64,000 nucleotides of DNA, from the NCBI GenBank assembly GCA_013239625.1, contig MU054323.1, positions 8,545,220 to 8,609,219 of the forward strand, given 5' to 3'. The notes under the pieces are model-generated. The model was not told the DNA's origin, made no database searches, and was given only the letters and a program-made list of their open reading frames with translations. Positions 12,331 through 41,700 of this stretch are shown here, piece after piece. Source of the stretch: Lama guanicoe (Eukaryota). The position numbers and the translations under genes are program-made. Each line of letters opens with the position of its first letter. The stretch's first letter is position 1.

Positions 12331-13166
12331 CACCCTATGCCTCCAAACCGGACCCTGCCCGGGGCAAGCTCGGTCCGTGTGTGAGGGTCCTTCAGAGTTG
12401 AGGGTCGAGAAGCCACACCCCTGCCCCCAAGTGGGTCTCTATTGGCCACTTTTTTGAGGGGTGCTTAGAACACCTATTATCCACTCAACAACTACCAAGG
12501 TAGCTTTTTCAGGGGCTTCAGTGCTTACATGACGGGAGGGGATGGAAATAGACCCAGTACCCTCACTGGAATTGAGCTACAGCCTCCAGGTGAACAAGTG
12601 GCTCTGCCCAGTTTCTTTGGCTTGGCTAAGGCCAGCCTGTCTAATTTTCTTCCATAGTAGGCGTTGGGTAGTAACAAAAAGTAAGTACTAGACCTTCCAG
12701 GTCTCAGGGAAGCAACAGAAGAATGGTCAGTACTTGTGAGGACAAAGGAGTGGAGAGAGGAAGCTGCCCATTTAAAGTTAGAAACTTGGTTCTCTCCGCT
12801 CTGCTCGGCTGGAGAGTGGGAAGCCCATCTAAGAACCAGAGATCGGAATGATCCATCATTCAAGCTGGCCATGTGCTGTGGTGGGTGTATCTTGGCTAGG
12901 TTTGGGCAATCTGACCTCTCTAATTGTATTCTGTAATCTTTGGGCTGCAAAGAAGCTTAGAGCTCAGTATTTTTCAACAAACTTAAGCGACTGAGTACTT
13001 CATTTTGGAATACACAAGCTGTAGTAAAATAGGGTCCTTTTAGGTCAGTTAAAACCCTTATTGTGGGGACAGAATACTGCTTATTCTTGGCCTTTGCTGG
13101 AAGGCTACTTCTACTTTTTCTAACGGGAAAGAGCTTCTTGCTTCTTAGGGCACTCCCTGAGAGTAG

Positions 13167-29232
<16,066 letters not shown>

Positions 29233-29565
29233 TGTCTTGACCTTCATGCCCAGGATACAGTCCCAAGATGGGGAACACACTGAGAAATGTGCTAGTCTCG
29301 TTCCTCAGCTGCTGATTCCATGTGACAACCATAACTCCTTGGGACACCAGCCACAGTGTTCTGAGGCATTGCAGAGCATCACCCTGAGACAGACAAAGCA
29401 GGGACTTGCCACCCCTTCCCTCCCTCCACAGCACAAGATTCTGGGACCACAAAGAAAACTATATTTTTATATTGGGGGGAGGGAGTAGAAAAGAAAGCAG
29501 CCCCTATACTGGGCCCTAGTCAGTGGCAGCTTCTTGTTCCATAGGGTTAAGGAAGACTTTGAGGA

Positions 29566-29571
29566 AATAAA
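29566..29571 (+). terminator. AGBL5 distal poly(A) signal
   Basis: AATAAA followed by a GT-rich element (gtgtggttgctttgtatgttgtg). Confidence 0.8.
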
Positions 29572-30392
29572 AGTTGTTTGGGAAAATCCAGGTGTGGTTG
29601 CTTTGTATGTTGTGATGGGCAGAAGGGATGAAGTGAAGTGTGAAGGCCCCTCACACCCTCCATCTTGCCTCAGACTATGTCCTGGAATCCTAGAAAAGAG
29701 GGGGAAAGACCTGAGGTAAGGAAAATGCTGCAGCTTTCTTCTGGGGTAATCCTTCAAGAATCAACTCCCATCCAGCCTGTTCCCCCCTACAGTTTTACAG
29801 TTCTGACCCACACTTACGGTTGGTTTCCAAGCCTTTCACACAACTCCTCCCCCTCACACACCCCCTTCTTCTTTGACTTTGGTCAGCAGTAGCCAATCCC
29901 TAAATCAGTGCCCCCTGTCACTGAGCATGGAAATTCTCTATCTTTACAATCCCTCACAAAAGAATTATGCCTAAATAAAAACCTAAACAACTTTGGAAAA
30001 ATGAGGACTACTTAAGAACCCAAATCTTCATACTTGGATGGCATCTTCAGTGTCTTTATTTCTTCGCATGTCAGTGCCTCCTTGTACCTACACTCCCAAC
30101 TTGGTTATCTGGGGACTATATGAAGATGAGGACTGAGGGGGTTTAGGGAACCCACCCCTGTTGTAGCAGGGAGCAGTTTAAGACGGGGGGGTGGGCACCG
30201 CAAGACACTCCCTACTCTGTGCGGACAAAGGGGCCCATTTCTGGGCTGTTAACATGCTTGGCCCAACACTTTTCTGATTTGAAGTTTCGAACCCTGCAGG
30301 CCCTGGCGCGGCCTCGCCACTCCACTCTCCACTCTTCGGGGGCTGGGCGCTACCGCCCCGGACCGTTACCTGGGGCGGAGAAAGCGCCACTT

Positions 30393-30596
<204 letters not shown>

Positions 30597-30639
30597 CTAC
30601 GGGCCGTGGCCTGCGCCTGCGTGCCTCTCACCTGATCAG

Positions 30640-31250
30640 CTGGGCTCTGCTCCGACGCGGTCTGCGCGCTAGCTCAAGGTAGGAGACCTGAACCGGAAGT
30701 TTGCAGCGCCAGCCCAGTCGCAAACCAGACACTTCCGGCCGTGCGGCTCGGCCAGTATGGGCTCTCTAGCCCGGCCGTCTCGACTGCTCCCACCCGAGGG
30801 GCGGGGTCTCGGGCGGGGCTGCGGAGGGACGGGCCGTCGTAGGGGGCCGACGGGCAGCGGAAGCGCGCCCTGAACGCAGCGCGGCGCAGCTGGCTGCAGC
30901 TGGCGCGGCGGAGAACGAATGCTAGTGGTGCTGTGGCCGCCTCCCGGGAGCCAAGGAGTGTGCTACAGCAAGGGTTCGGCGGCGGGTCCTGGCGGGAGGC
31001 TCGGCATGACCCTAGACTCCAGTCCCTCTTTTTGTCCCAGCGCCCCGCGCTGCTGCCCACCCTTCGCTTCCCCTCCCGGCCCAGCCAGGTGCTTCCTTTG
31101 CGCCCGCCCCCAGGGTCCCCTCCCTGGCCGGGACGGCGGGGAAAGGAATGAGAGGCGGCGCAGAATGGGGACAGGGCTGGGGCGGCCGGGTGCCTCTCCT
31201 CGGCGCCAGCCTTTCTGCCCCACATCTGCCAAGTAGAGCGATCCTGCCTG
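30640..31250. promoter_or_regulatory. OST4 CpG-island promoter, probably bidirectional
   Basis: Oppositely oriented ETS/GABP sites CCGGAAGT (30693-30700) and ACTTCCGG (30731-30738), plus GC boxes at about 30798-30819. Confidence 0.75.
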
Positions 31251-31594
31251 TGATCTGACCAGTGCCTCCTTTACTCGAACTCCCTCCCTCCATCCCACCC
31301 CTAGAGGTAGGCGTAGGAAATTGGGCGGACTCTCCCGGAATCAAAACCCAAAACGTGGGACTTTGGCCAAGTGGGAAATCACCCCCGGATATGAGGGAGG
31401 GGGAAGGGGAGGAAGGGCTGGGACTGGCAAGAGGGGTTGTGTGGGTTAGAAGCAGAGTGGGCCACCGAGGAGAAAAAAGAAAGATAACTGTGGGTAGATG
31501 TCCTAGAGTCTCTGGTGAGAGGAGAGGCACTCCGGCTCTACAACCCTCTGCCCAGCCAGAACCTACTCCCCCCTCACTCCTTGCTTTCCCTCAG

Positions 31595-32251
31595 CTTCAC
31601 CATAAAAGGGAACGGCACTGAGCCAGGCTGGGGCCGGGGGCTGGGCTGTTGCTCTGGAGCTGTCAGTGGTAATGGAAGCCAGTTGCTTTGCGGTAGAGGG
31701 GGGCCAGGGCTCAGGGGACGCCTCTGCTTCTCTGAGCCAAAGAAAACTACAGGAGCTGCTATAGGGCTGGAACAGCTGGGTAAGGGGACTGACTTACTGT
31801 CTGTGTGCACTATGAGCTAAGGGTGCACTAGCCGGGAGGGGGCTTCCCCAGCCTAGGACCATCAGCAGTTTGTTCTCCATGCTCCAGCCCAGTGACTCCT
31901 AAACTCAGTCTTTGCCTTTAGCAGTCTGTAATTCCCCTGGACTCCACTTACTCATCCTCCAGCCCCCACCCAGTTTTTCCCCAGAGGTTTCCTATTTAGA
32001 ATTTCCCAAGCCTATGTCCCCTCCACATTAACTGTGAAACCCCAGCCATGTACTCCCTCATGTGTCCCTCGGTGAGCTGTCTGTTTCCAGCTCTGCTCCA
32101 GGAGAATGAAGGTCTAGGTCTAAAGGATCACACACATTATGCTTTGGATCCCCTGGAAATTTGAAGTAGATCTAAGTGCAACCAGACGTTTAGATCTACT
32201 GTTGAAACAGAACTGGACCCTGGAAAGTAGACTTTCTAGGCTACAAATGAC
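31595..32251 (+). pseudogene. Candidate decayed exons of an unidentified coiled-coil gene
   Basis: Exon-like units 31595-31779 and 32091-32251 with good splice sites. Stitching across frameshifts gives SLSQRKLQELL.GLEQLALLQENEGL...FEVDLSATRRLDLLLKQNWTLESRLSRLQM. No homology search was done. Confidence 0.35.
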
Positions 32252-35200
32252 GTGAGGGAAGGCCTTGGAAGGTGCTTCAGCTTTCCAAGGCTGTCCTGAA
32301 ACCAACTGACCCAGGTGCAAAGTAAACTAGACTGTTAGAGCTGAAGGTCACTTTATAAAGAAGGAAACTGAGGCCCAGAAGGTAATTGATTTGACCAAGT
32401 TTCTACAGATAGTTAGAGACAGTGTCACCTGATCTTTCTTCTGTTTCACATTCCGTGTCAGACTGTCAACTCAATAGGTTGTCCTAGGGTCAGGGCCAAG
32501 AGGAAAAGGATTTGTTTTGGAACCATCCATAAGTGTCCTTCCCCTCCCAGAACTTCCTGTGCCTAGGTCAGGGAGTCTTTATCAGCCTTGAATGGGTTAT
32601 TTTGCCAAGTGCCTGGAGAAACATTTTAACCCAGTAAAAAATGGTCTTCAGGACTAAACTAGACTCAGCTAAGAACTAGCAATCTTGAAAAAAGCTTGGG
32701 TGGAAAAACGTGGGAGAGGAGACAGACGAAGCCTCATCTTGGGGAGAGTTAAGGGAGAGAGAGGATGTGGGGGTGCAGGAGATACATGTGGAGCTTAATC
32801 TCTGATTAGTGTGACATTTTCAAGGAGGAGACATGTGGTCAGGATTAGGCTCAGGAGTGAAAAAGCAACAAGACCTGGAAAAAGGGGACTGGGCACGAGT
32901 CCAGGGAGGCTGGCTCCTAAAGTATCTGTGGGAAGGATTGGAAGGAAAAGGAAAATGTGTACATTTGTGGATGAGTGGACTTTTGGTCAAGAGTCCCCAC
33001 AATCTTGAGTTTCCATCTGGGTTTGCGTGACCCAAGGCCCAATTCATATTAGTCCCCCTTTTTCCTTCCAGTATTCAGTCTTCTGACAGAGGGCTACAGA
33101 CATAGAAATGCTCCTTACTGCTTGTGCCCCTGGCTGTCCTGGCCTCCTGCACATGACCTCATTGCTCAGTCAGTGATGGTTGACAGAAGGAGTTAGTTGC
33201 CTGGTATAACCAAGATTCCCCATTGGCACTAGACCCTTGGAAATCTCCTGTCTTAGAGAGGTTATAAACTAGATCTTGTCCTAGTGCCCCAGGGACTCAG
33301 CCTTTTTTGGTTTCAAGAATTCTCTTGCCAGTTGCTTTGGAAATCTATGGCTGCCTATCATCCCCCACCACCGCCACCATGACATTCTCTCTGACCTTAG
33401 TCTCCATTGTGCCTGTTCGCCCAGCACCTCAGGCCTCCCCAGTGAACCCAGGGTCACTGATTTCTTTGAGATCTCATAAACGTCATGTCAGTCCCTAAGT
33501 CTTGGCTCCTAATCACAGGACTAAATGAAATGCAACCTACTGCAATTATATGTCAAAGCCAACATATTTCAGTTGACACACTTAAAATACAACAGATTTT
33601 TCAACTTAAGGGTTCAGGCAAAGGAATGGGTGACAACTGGGCAGTGACAAGATGGCTAGGATGACTTTTCAGGTTGCCAGAGACCCTTGAAGGGAGAGAC
33701 AAAGGGGACAAGCAGAGAAAGCAAACCCACAGCAGCAGCCAGGGCAACCTGGAGGGGAAGGGGGTTGGCTCGTTGCCAGAGCCAGGGCCAGGGCCGAGAA
33801 CTGATGCGGAGACCAGAGACGAAGCTGCAGCCTTCCACTGCCAGCGACTTTCAATCAGGATCTTCCAGGACCATTACCTTCAAGTCTCCCTCCATGCTGA
33901 TCCCCACACCTCTAAGGGACAGCCACAAAATTCCATTTCTGTTGGTTCCAGTGTTTACTTTCACCACCCTGTCTTTTCACCAACATTTCTCCCAGTCATC
34001 AGGATCATATTCTAGGCCATAGGACCTCTGAGGCAGATCACTCAGAGTCACATTGAAGATTTGGTGGCATCTATTCTCATGGCTGCCAACTATTGTCCTG
34101 CAAATGGTTCCCAGAATCAAAAACCACATTGCTAACCATCTCCTGGACGTTTATTTCCATCAAGATATGTTACTCTCATCTTAAACTCAAGATGCCCAAA
34201 CTAAAGTCATCTTTCTTTCCTTCAAACCTGCTCCTCTTCTCAACTTATCCATCCTGGCTCAAATTCTGGAATCTTCTTCTCTGGTGTCTCCCTTCTTCTG
34301 GTCCCTCACTACCCAGGCAGTCACCAAGCAGTCACAGCCTTCTCTTCCAAGTCTACATCACTTCCCAGTGTAAGATTTAGAAGGAACCTGAGATGACAGA
34401 CAGCAGACCCCGACTGGAGTCAGGAGATTTGCTCAAAGTAATAACACTACTTAGAGCAGAAGCTGGAACCAGCATCCTTGTGCCCTAACACCCTGCCCAT
34501 TGCTCTTGCTGAGAATACCTTCTTTCTGCATTTGTATCAACCCCCTACTCAAAAACTTGTATCCAGTTATCTGAGCCTCTCCCTAATCTTTCTGCAATTG
34601 ACTTCTCTGACTTTCTGTCCCACTTCTTCCTGACCCAAAGAAGAGCTAACATTTATGGAGCATTTACCACATGCCAAGCACTATTTTAAGTGCTTTACAT
34701 GGAATAACTTAATCCTCACAAACCTAAGAAGGGGGGTACTATTATTATTCCCATGCTAAGATGAGGAAACTGAGACAGACCACTTCCCCAACCTGAAGTC
34801 TCTCCCCTCCCCTGGTCTCTGTTCTTTACTCTTCCCCCAACATTGATCAGGTTCTTTTTCTTCCGACAGCCCTGCTCTGACTTCCCGCAGCAGCCAACTG
34901 TCTCCCCTCCTCTTACCCAGAGCACGTCATCCGTCTGTCTGGCCCCCTGGCATTCTGTCTGTCCTGCCTTGTGTTTGTTCTCTGTTGGGCGCGTGTGTTC
35001 CAGTCCCCAGCAGGCCCGGCTGCTCCTTACTGAATCTTACACATGCCTTTGCCGCCTGGGCGCCTCCCTCCGCAGGGCCCGCGCAGTGCCCTTGCCTCCT
35101 TTCTGTCTAGTACTTCTGCTCCCCTCTCCCAGGCGGCCCTCCACACAGGGAGACCTGTACAGAACACAACTCTGGGGGCCAGACGGTGAGGGGGGCCGGC

Positions 35201-36602
35201 TAACACATTCAGACATCTCACCGGGAACCTACGGGCCACGCTGATGGTTGAGTTCACTTCCTTGCCTGCCTCAGAGGCTATCAGACTTGGTTCCACACTA
35301 GAGAGTGACTTAAATCGATCTAAGTAGTTAGGACCCAGCTTTCCTCCCTCCTTCCCCTCCCACGTGGCTGACCTTCACCAAGACAAGCCTGAGACCCATA
35401 TTCACTTGGCCTTTTGAGAATGAGGGTCTTTCTCCTCTTTCCCATGTCCTCTCAGCGCTTGGCAGAAGGCTGCTCTCCATTTCCAGATTCCTTTTTTCTC
35501 CTTCTGGCTTCTCTGAATTTCCTGCCTGCCTCAGTGGAGTCCTTCTCCTTTCCCTCCCTGGCCCAGTAGCCCTCTGTCCTCTCCTCTTTTTTCCTCCCAC
35601 GCCACTGGCTTAGGTACTATTTAGATTCTAACCAGAGCCCTGCTCTTGACTTGCTGTGTTACCTTGGACAAGTTACTTTCCCACTCTGGGCCTCAGTGTT
35701 CACATCTATAAAAGGAGGCAGCTAGACTAGATGATGAGTGACATCCTGCTGAGTCTTGCAAGTTGACTCTCCCTTTTCCAGCTCTCCCCTCCAGCTCTCC
35801 CCTCTGGGCTTGTCCCTCAGGTCTTCTCTCCCAGGGGAGGACTGCCCTGGCCCCAGGAGAGCTGTGGCTCCAGCTCCTGTTCCCTGCCTAAGTGACCAGC
35901 CCTAAGCCTCCTCCCCAGCTCTGGCCCCGGCTCCACTCCATGTGGCCCGTCTAAGAGGCTGGCCCCAGGCCCGGCGGCAACTCCACATTTCTCTGTTTTT
36001 CCTTTTTTTTTCTCTCTTTCCCGGAGTTAACAAGAAGCAGATGTGGCGCACGATGGTTGGAGAGGTGGGGGGAGGAAGGGGGAGGCTGGACCGCCAGCCA
36101 GACAGGGGGGAAGGGAGGGGAGTGAGGGAGAGAGAGAGGCGGGAGGCCAGGGCCCGCCCCACAGCCACTCTTGCGCCTCTGAGCAGCCACAGGGGCCAAG
36201 CCCTGTCACCCCCAGGATCTAGTCATTGGGGAAAACAGATAGGGAGACCAGAGGAGGGCCAGCTGGGGCGAGGGGGTGGAGGCCCAGGAAGCAGCATCTG
36301 AGAGGACCAGGCGCTGGAGGCTGGGGGGGCACAGAGAACAAACTCCCCTCACAAGTAGAGAAGAGGAGAGCGGAAGGAATCAAGGGAGGGACAGACAGGA
36401 GTCCGAGGAGGGAAGAGGAGGGGGAGAGGGGTCAGGCCAGGCGGCCAAGGAGGAGGTGTGTGGCTAGGGGCTGCTGGCAGGAAGCTGGGGACAGGACCCG
36501 ACCGGCACTACCCCTCAGAGCAGCGGCACCCCCGCTCCGGGCAGAGGCGCCAGTAGTCAGGCCAGGATGTGCCTCTGAGGGCCACCACGGAGCACCCCCA
36601 CC

Positions 36603-38688
36603 ATGGCCCCCAGCACCCTCTGGAGCTGCTACCTCTGCTGCCTGCTGACCACAGCTGTGGGGGCAGCCAGCTACCCTCCTCGCGGTTACAGCCTCTACAC
36701 TGGGAGTGGCGGGGCCCTCAGCCCTGGGGGAGCCCAGGCCCAGAGTGCCCCTCGGCCTGCCAGCCGCCACAGGTAAGTCTGGGTCCCAGCCCAAGGCTGG
36801 AAGTAGGTGGGAGGGTGGGGGGTAAGGTGGGTATCCTGGCCCCTCCCTTGGTACCCTCCCTAGGCTGTCCCCCCTAATGCAGGGAAGGGGGAAGAGGAAG
36901 CCCAGCCATCAGGTGGCTTCTTGTAGGCCAACCTCCCTGCAGGGCACTTCCAGGGCCCCCTGAATGGATAGGTACCCCCAGTCTAACCTCATAACCTCAG
37001 GGGCATCAGCTTCCACGTTAGGTGCCCAAGGTGCCCAGGGAAACTACTTCGAGGGGCGAGGGGCTGGCTTTCCTGCCAGCTGCCAGCTGCACACCAGCCT
37101 GGGATTCTCAGCCGACCTCTGATCCCTTTGGAGGGCTCCCTCAGCCCTGCCCGTAATCCACGATTCTGATACCACTCCTGCCCTGCTCCTTTCGGCTCTC
37201 CAGCCGGACACGGACCAGAGGTCAGCATGAATGGGGCCCAGAGTGCAGAACTGTGAGCCCCAAGGCGGGCAGGGCTTGTCAATGGCTTATTCTCTCCTTA
37301 ACCCTGAACTGGACCCCTGCCTGCCCTGTCCTCTCCCCTGAGGGGTGGGTAGAAGCCAGCATCCAGGGGAACACCAGAGGGACTGGCCAGCCGGCTCACA
37401 CCAGCCATGCCAAGCTGGGGATTGAGACAGAAAGGGACAGGAATGAATGCATGGATTCAGAGGCCCCCCAGGCGCCCCCAGCCATGAGGATCAACATCTT
37501 GTAGTTGTGGTTTTCCATTCTGTGCCTCCTTCCCCCATCTTGAAAAGTCTTTATCGACTCCTGCTGCACAGGAAGGCGTGGGGGGAGCTGCCCCTGCCAA
37601 ATCCCTGGTTCCCACTGGTCCCCAAGGCCCTTCATCTTTTTACCCTCCCTTAGCTCCTCTGGTAGCCCCAGGGCCTTCCTCCGGGGAGTGTGTCTCTGGC
37701 CCTTGGGCCCAGGTGGGGTTGTGCCCGCAGGAACTGGTGTGCCTTTGTGGTGACCCGGACAGTGAGCTGTGTCCTTGAGGATGGAGTGGAGACCTTCGTC
37801 AAGCCCGACTACCAGCCCTGTGGCTGGGGCCAGCCCCAGTGTTCCCGCAGCATCATGTGAGCCCCACTGCTGGGGGATGGGTACTTGGTGAGGGCTGGGC
37901 TAGGGCAGCCAACCCAGGGAATTTGTACAAAGCAGGTAGCAAGGGGCAGGACCAGGGGCTTCCATCAGAACCACTCTGAGGAGTTGCTGAGGCAACAGTT
38001 TGGCTGGTGGGATACTGAGGACTAACTTACCTCCACCACCCTGCCAGCACCCCAGGGCCTTCTCTGGGTTGGGTCATGCTCAAGGAGAGGAGTTCAAAGT
38101 TCCAGCACAGGACAAGGGGAGGAAGAACAGAGATTTGGCCCTTGGCCAAAAAGCTGACAGCTGTCAACTGAGCAAGGCCACATGCTGGTCAGTAAGGCGG
38201 ACCCAGCCTGAGGGACGGCCTAGCCCACCAGGAGCCGTCCATTTCTGAGGACAGGGGTCAGGATCACTGACAGTACAGGGAGGAGTAAAGAGGCCTCCCT
38301 CTGCCTCTCCCAGGTACCGCAGCTTCCTCCGCCCTCGCTACCGCGTGGCCTACAAGACAGTGACGGACATGGAGTGGAGGTGCTGCCAGGGGTACGGGGG
38401 CGATGACTGCGCCGAGGGCCCTGCCCCTGCGCTGGGTCCCGCACCTACCACACCGCGCCCCCGGCCCCAGCCGGCCCGCCCCAACCTCTCTGGCTCCAGT
38501 GCGGGCAGCCACCTGAGTGGACTGGGTGGGGAGGGTGAGTATGGGAGCCGCTTGGGGAGAGGATTGGGTGATAGCACTGGGGAGAAAGTGTGGGGCCGGG
38601 CTGCTGAGGGAGCAGAAGAAAGGGACAGAAGGGAGTTAATGAGATCCCTGAAATTCCCACATGCAACAGAGAGAGAGAGGGAGAGAAA

Positions 38689-38731
<43 letters not shown>

Positions 38732-41700
38732 TGTCTGTGTCTGTCTGTGTGTGTCTGTGTGTCTGTGTGAGTGACAGAGACAGAGAGATCTAGTGAAACC
38801 CAGAGGAAAGGCAGGCAGAGAGACTGTGCTCACACACGCCCACATGTGGCCAAGATCCTTCCTAGTTGGGAACAGCTGTGCGAGGAAGGGGGAATTCCTT
38901 CGAGAAGCTTGGCCCAAGGGGATAGACAGCTGAGACTACAAGTCCTAGCATGCACTGCAACTGACTACAGATCCCAGGCCCCTCGGTGGCCTCTGGAGAC
39001 TGCAGAACCCAGAATGCTGCAGTCCCGGTTGCCAGGCACCGCGGATGTGCTGTGTTTGCCTGCCAGGGAGATAGCCGTGCTGTAATTATGGAAACAGGAA
39101 CTTCTGGCTGACTCTCCCATCATCCAGCCAGAACCCCCACAGCTTGCCTCAGAGCTGCTTTTGTCCCTGTGGTGGTATGGAGAGGTGCCACCCAGCAATA
39201 GCCACTGTTGTGGGGTGCACAGTGCCTCCCCCACACTCCCATTTCACTCACCCTGAGGGAGCGATATAGTGTCATTCCCATTTTTTCAGATAGGGAAACA
39301 GTTTTCATAAAGTTAAGAGGCATTCTGGACGGTGGAAAGGACCTGGGCTCGGTGGTCAGATCTGGGTTTGAAACTTAGCTCAGCCACTTATTAAACTTGT
39401 AATCCGTGGCCCAGTTAACTAATCTTTCTGGTCCTGTTTCCCAGTCTATGAAGTGGGAAGAGCTAATGGTATCTACTCAATGGAGGAAAGTGCCATGGTA
39501 CACATTTGGCTTACAGGCATTCAGTGAATGGAGTTTCTTCGATTTTTTTCTTGCCCAAGTCACCCAGCTAAGAAGTGGCCATATGAGCTGGGACCTCTGC
39601 CATCTTGTTGGGGCTGGGGAGAGCAGGACCTAGGAGGTAGGCACTGAGCTCTGAGATCTAGTCCCTCTGCCTAATGCGTCCCCTCTCTGCCAGGTCCTGG
39701 GGAATCAGAGAAGGTGCAGCAGCTGGAGGAGCAGGTACAGAGCCTGACAAAGGAGCTGCAAGGCCTTCGGGGTGTCCTGCAGGGACTGAGTGGGCGCCTG
39801 GCAGAAGATGTCCAGAGGGCTGTGGAGACGGCTTTTAATGGGAGGCAGCAGCCAGCAGATGCAGCTGCCCGTCCTGGCGTGCATGAAACCCTCAACGAGA
39901 TCCAGCAGCAGCTGCAGCTCCTGGACAACCGCGTCTCCACTCACGACCAGGAGCTGGGCCATCTCAACAACCATCACAGTGGTGGTGGTAGCAGTGGCGG
40001 CAGGGCCGTGGACCCAACCCCGGCTCCTCCTGGCCATAGTGAGGAGTTGATGCGGGAGTTGGAGCAGCGGCTGCAGGAGTCCTGCTCTGTGTGCCTGGCA
40101 GGGCTGGATGGCTTCCGCCGGCAGCAGCAGGAGGACAGGGAGCGGCTGCGAGCACTGGAGAAGCTACTGGCCTCCGTGGAGGAGCGGCAGCGGCAGCTCG
40201 CTGGGCAGGCCCTGGGCCGCTGGCCCCCTCAGGAGTGCTGCCCTCCAGAGCTGGGCCGGCGACTGGCTGAGCTGGAGCGGAGGCTGGATGTAGTGGCTGG
40301 CTCAGTGACAGTGCTGAGCGGGCGGCGAGGCGCCAACCTGGGAGGAGCAGCTGGGCAGGGAGGCCACCCCCCAGGCTACACCAGCTTAGTGTCCCGCCTC
40401 TCTCGCCTAGAGGACAGATTCAATTCCACCCTAGGCCCCTCGGAAGAGCAGGAGGAGGGCTGGCCCGGGCGTCCTGGAGGGCTGGGCCACTGGCTGCCTG
40501 CTGCCCGGGGCCGACTAGAGAAGCTGGAAGGGTTGCTGGCCAATGTGAGCGGGGAGCTGGGTGGGCGGCTGGATCTGCTGGAAGAGCAGGTGGCAGGAGC
40601 TGTGCAGGCATGTGGGCAGCTCTGCTCTGGAGCCCCAGGGGAGCAGGACTCCCAGGTCAGTGAGATCCTCAGTGCCTTGGAGCGCAGGGTGCTGGACAGT
40701 GAGGGGCAGCTGCAGCTGGTAGGCTCAGGCCTGCACAAGGTGGAAGCAGCTGGGGAGGCCCAGCAGGCCGCGCTGGAGGGACTGCAAGGGGTCGTGGGCC
40801 ATCTCCAGGGTCGTGTCGATGCACTGGATGAGACAGCTGCAGAGTTCACACTGCAGCTGAATCTCACAGCTGCACGGCTGGGCCAACTGGGGGGTCTGCT
40901 GCAGGCCCGTGGGGATGAGGGCTGTGGGGCCTGTGGTGGTGTCCAGGAGGAACTGGGCCGCCTTCGGGATGGTGTGGAGCGCTGCTCCTGCCCACTGTTA
41001 CCCCCACGGGGCCCGGGGGCCGGCCCGGGTGTGGGGGGACCAAGCCGTGGGCCTCTGGATGGCTTCAGTGTCTTTGGGGGCAGCTCAGGCTCAGCCCTCC
41101 AGGCCCTGCAAGGAGAGCTCTCTGAGGTTATTCTCACCTTCAGCTCCCTCAATGACTCACTGCATGAGCTCCAGACCACCGTGGAGGGCCAGGGTGCTGA
41201 TCTGGCTGACCTGGGAGCCACCAAGGACCGCATCATCTCTGAGATTAACAGGCTGCAGCAGGAGGCCACAGAGCATGCTACAGAGAGTGAGGAGCGCTTC
41301 CGAGGCCTGGAAGAAGGACAGGCACAGGCTGGCCAGTGCCCTAGCCTAGAGGGGCGATTGGGCCGCCTTGAGGGAGTCTGTGAGCGGTTAGACACAGTGG
41401 CCGGGGGACTGCAAGGCCTGCGTGAAGGCCTTTCCAGACACGTGGCTGGGCTCTGGGCCAGGCTACGGGAAACCAACAGCACCAGCCAGACCCAGGCAGC
41501 CCTGCTGGAGAAGCTGCTGGAGGGGCAGGCTGGCCTGGGCAAGCGGCTTGGTGCCCTTAACAGCTCCCTACTGCTCCTGGAAGACCGACTTCACCAGCTC
41601 AGTCTGAAGGACCTCACTGGTGAGAGGGGAAGAGGGGGTGCGGAGTGAGGGGCCCCTTTCAAGTCCTTTCTTTCTCCTCCCTTGACCCTAAGACAGCCCC

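Noticed and set aside
11610..12457. Long ORFs (145-234 aa) over the AGBL5 promoter
   Set aside because: GC-rich CpG island with few stop codons. The ORFs run through the N gap and are low-complexity Pro/Gly/Arg.
40376..41542. 388-aa antisense ORF within EMILIN1 exon 4
   Set aside because: A mirror of the GC-rich CTG/GAG/CAG codon usage on the sense strand, giving a Ser/Pro-rich shadow ORF.
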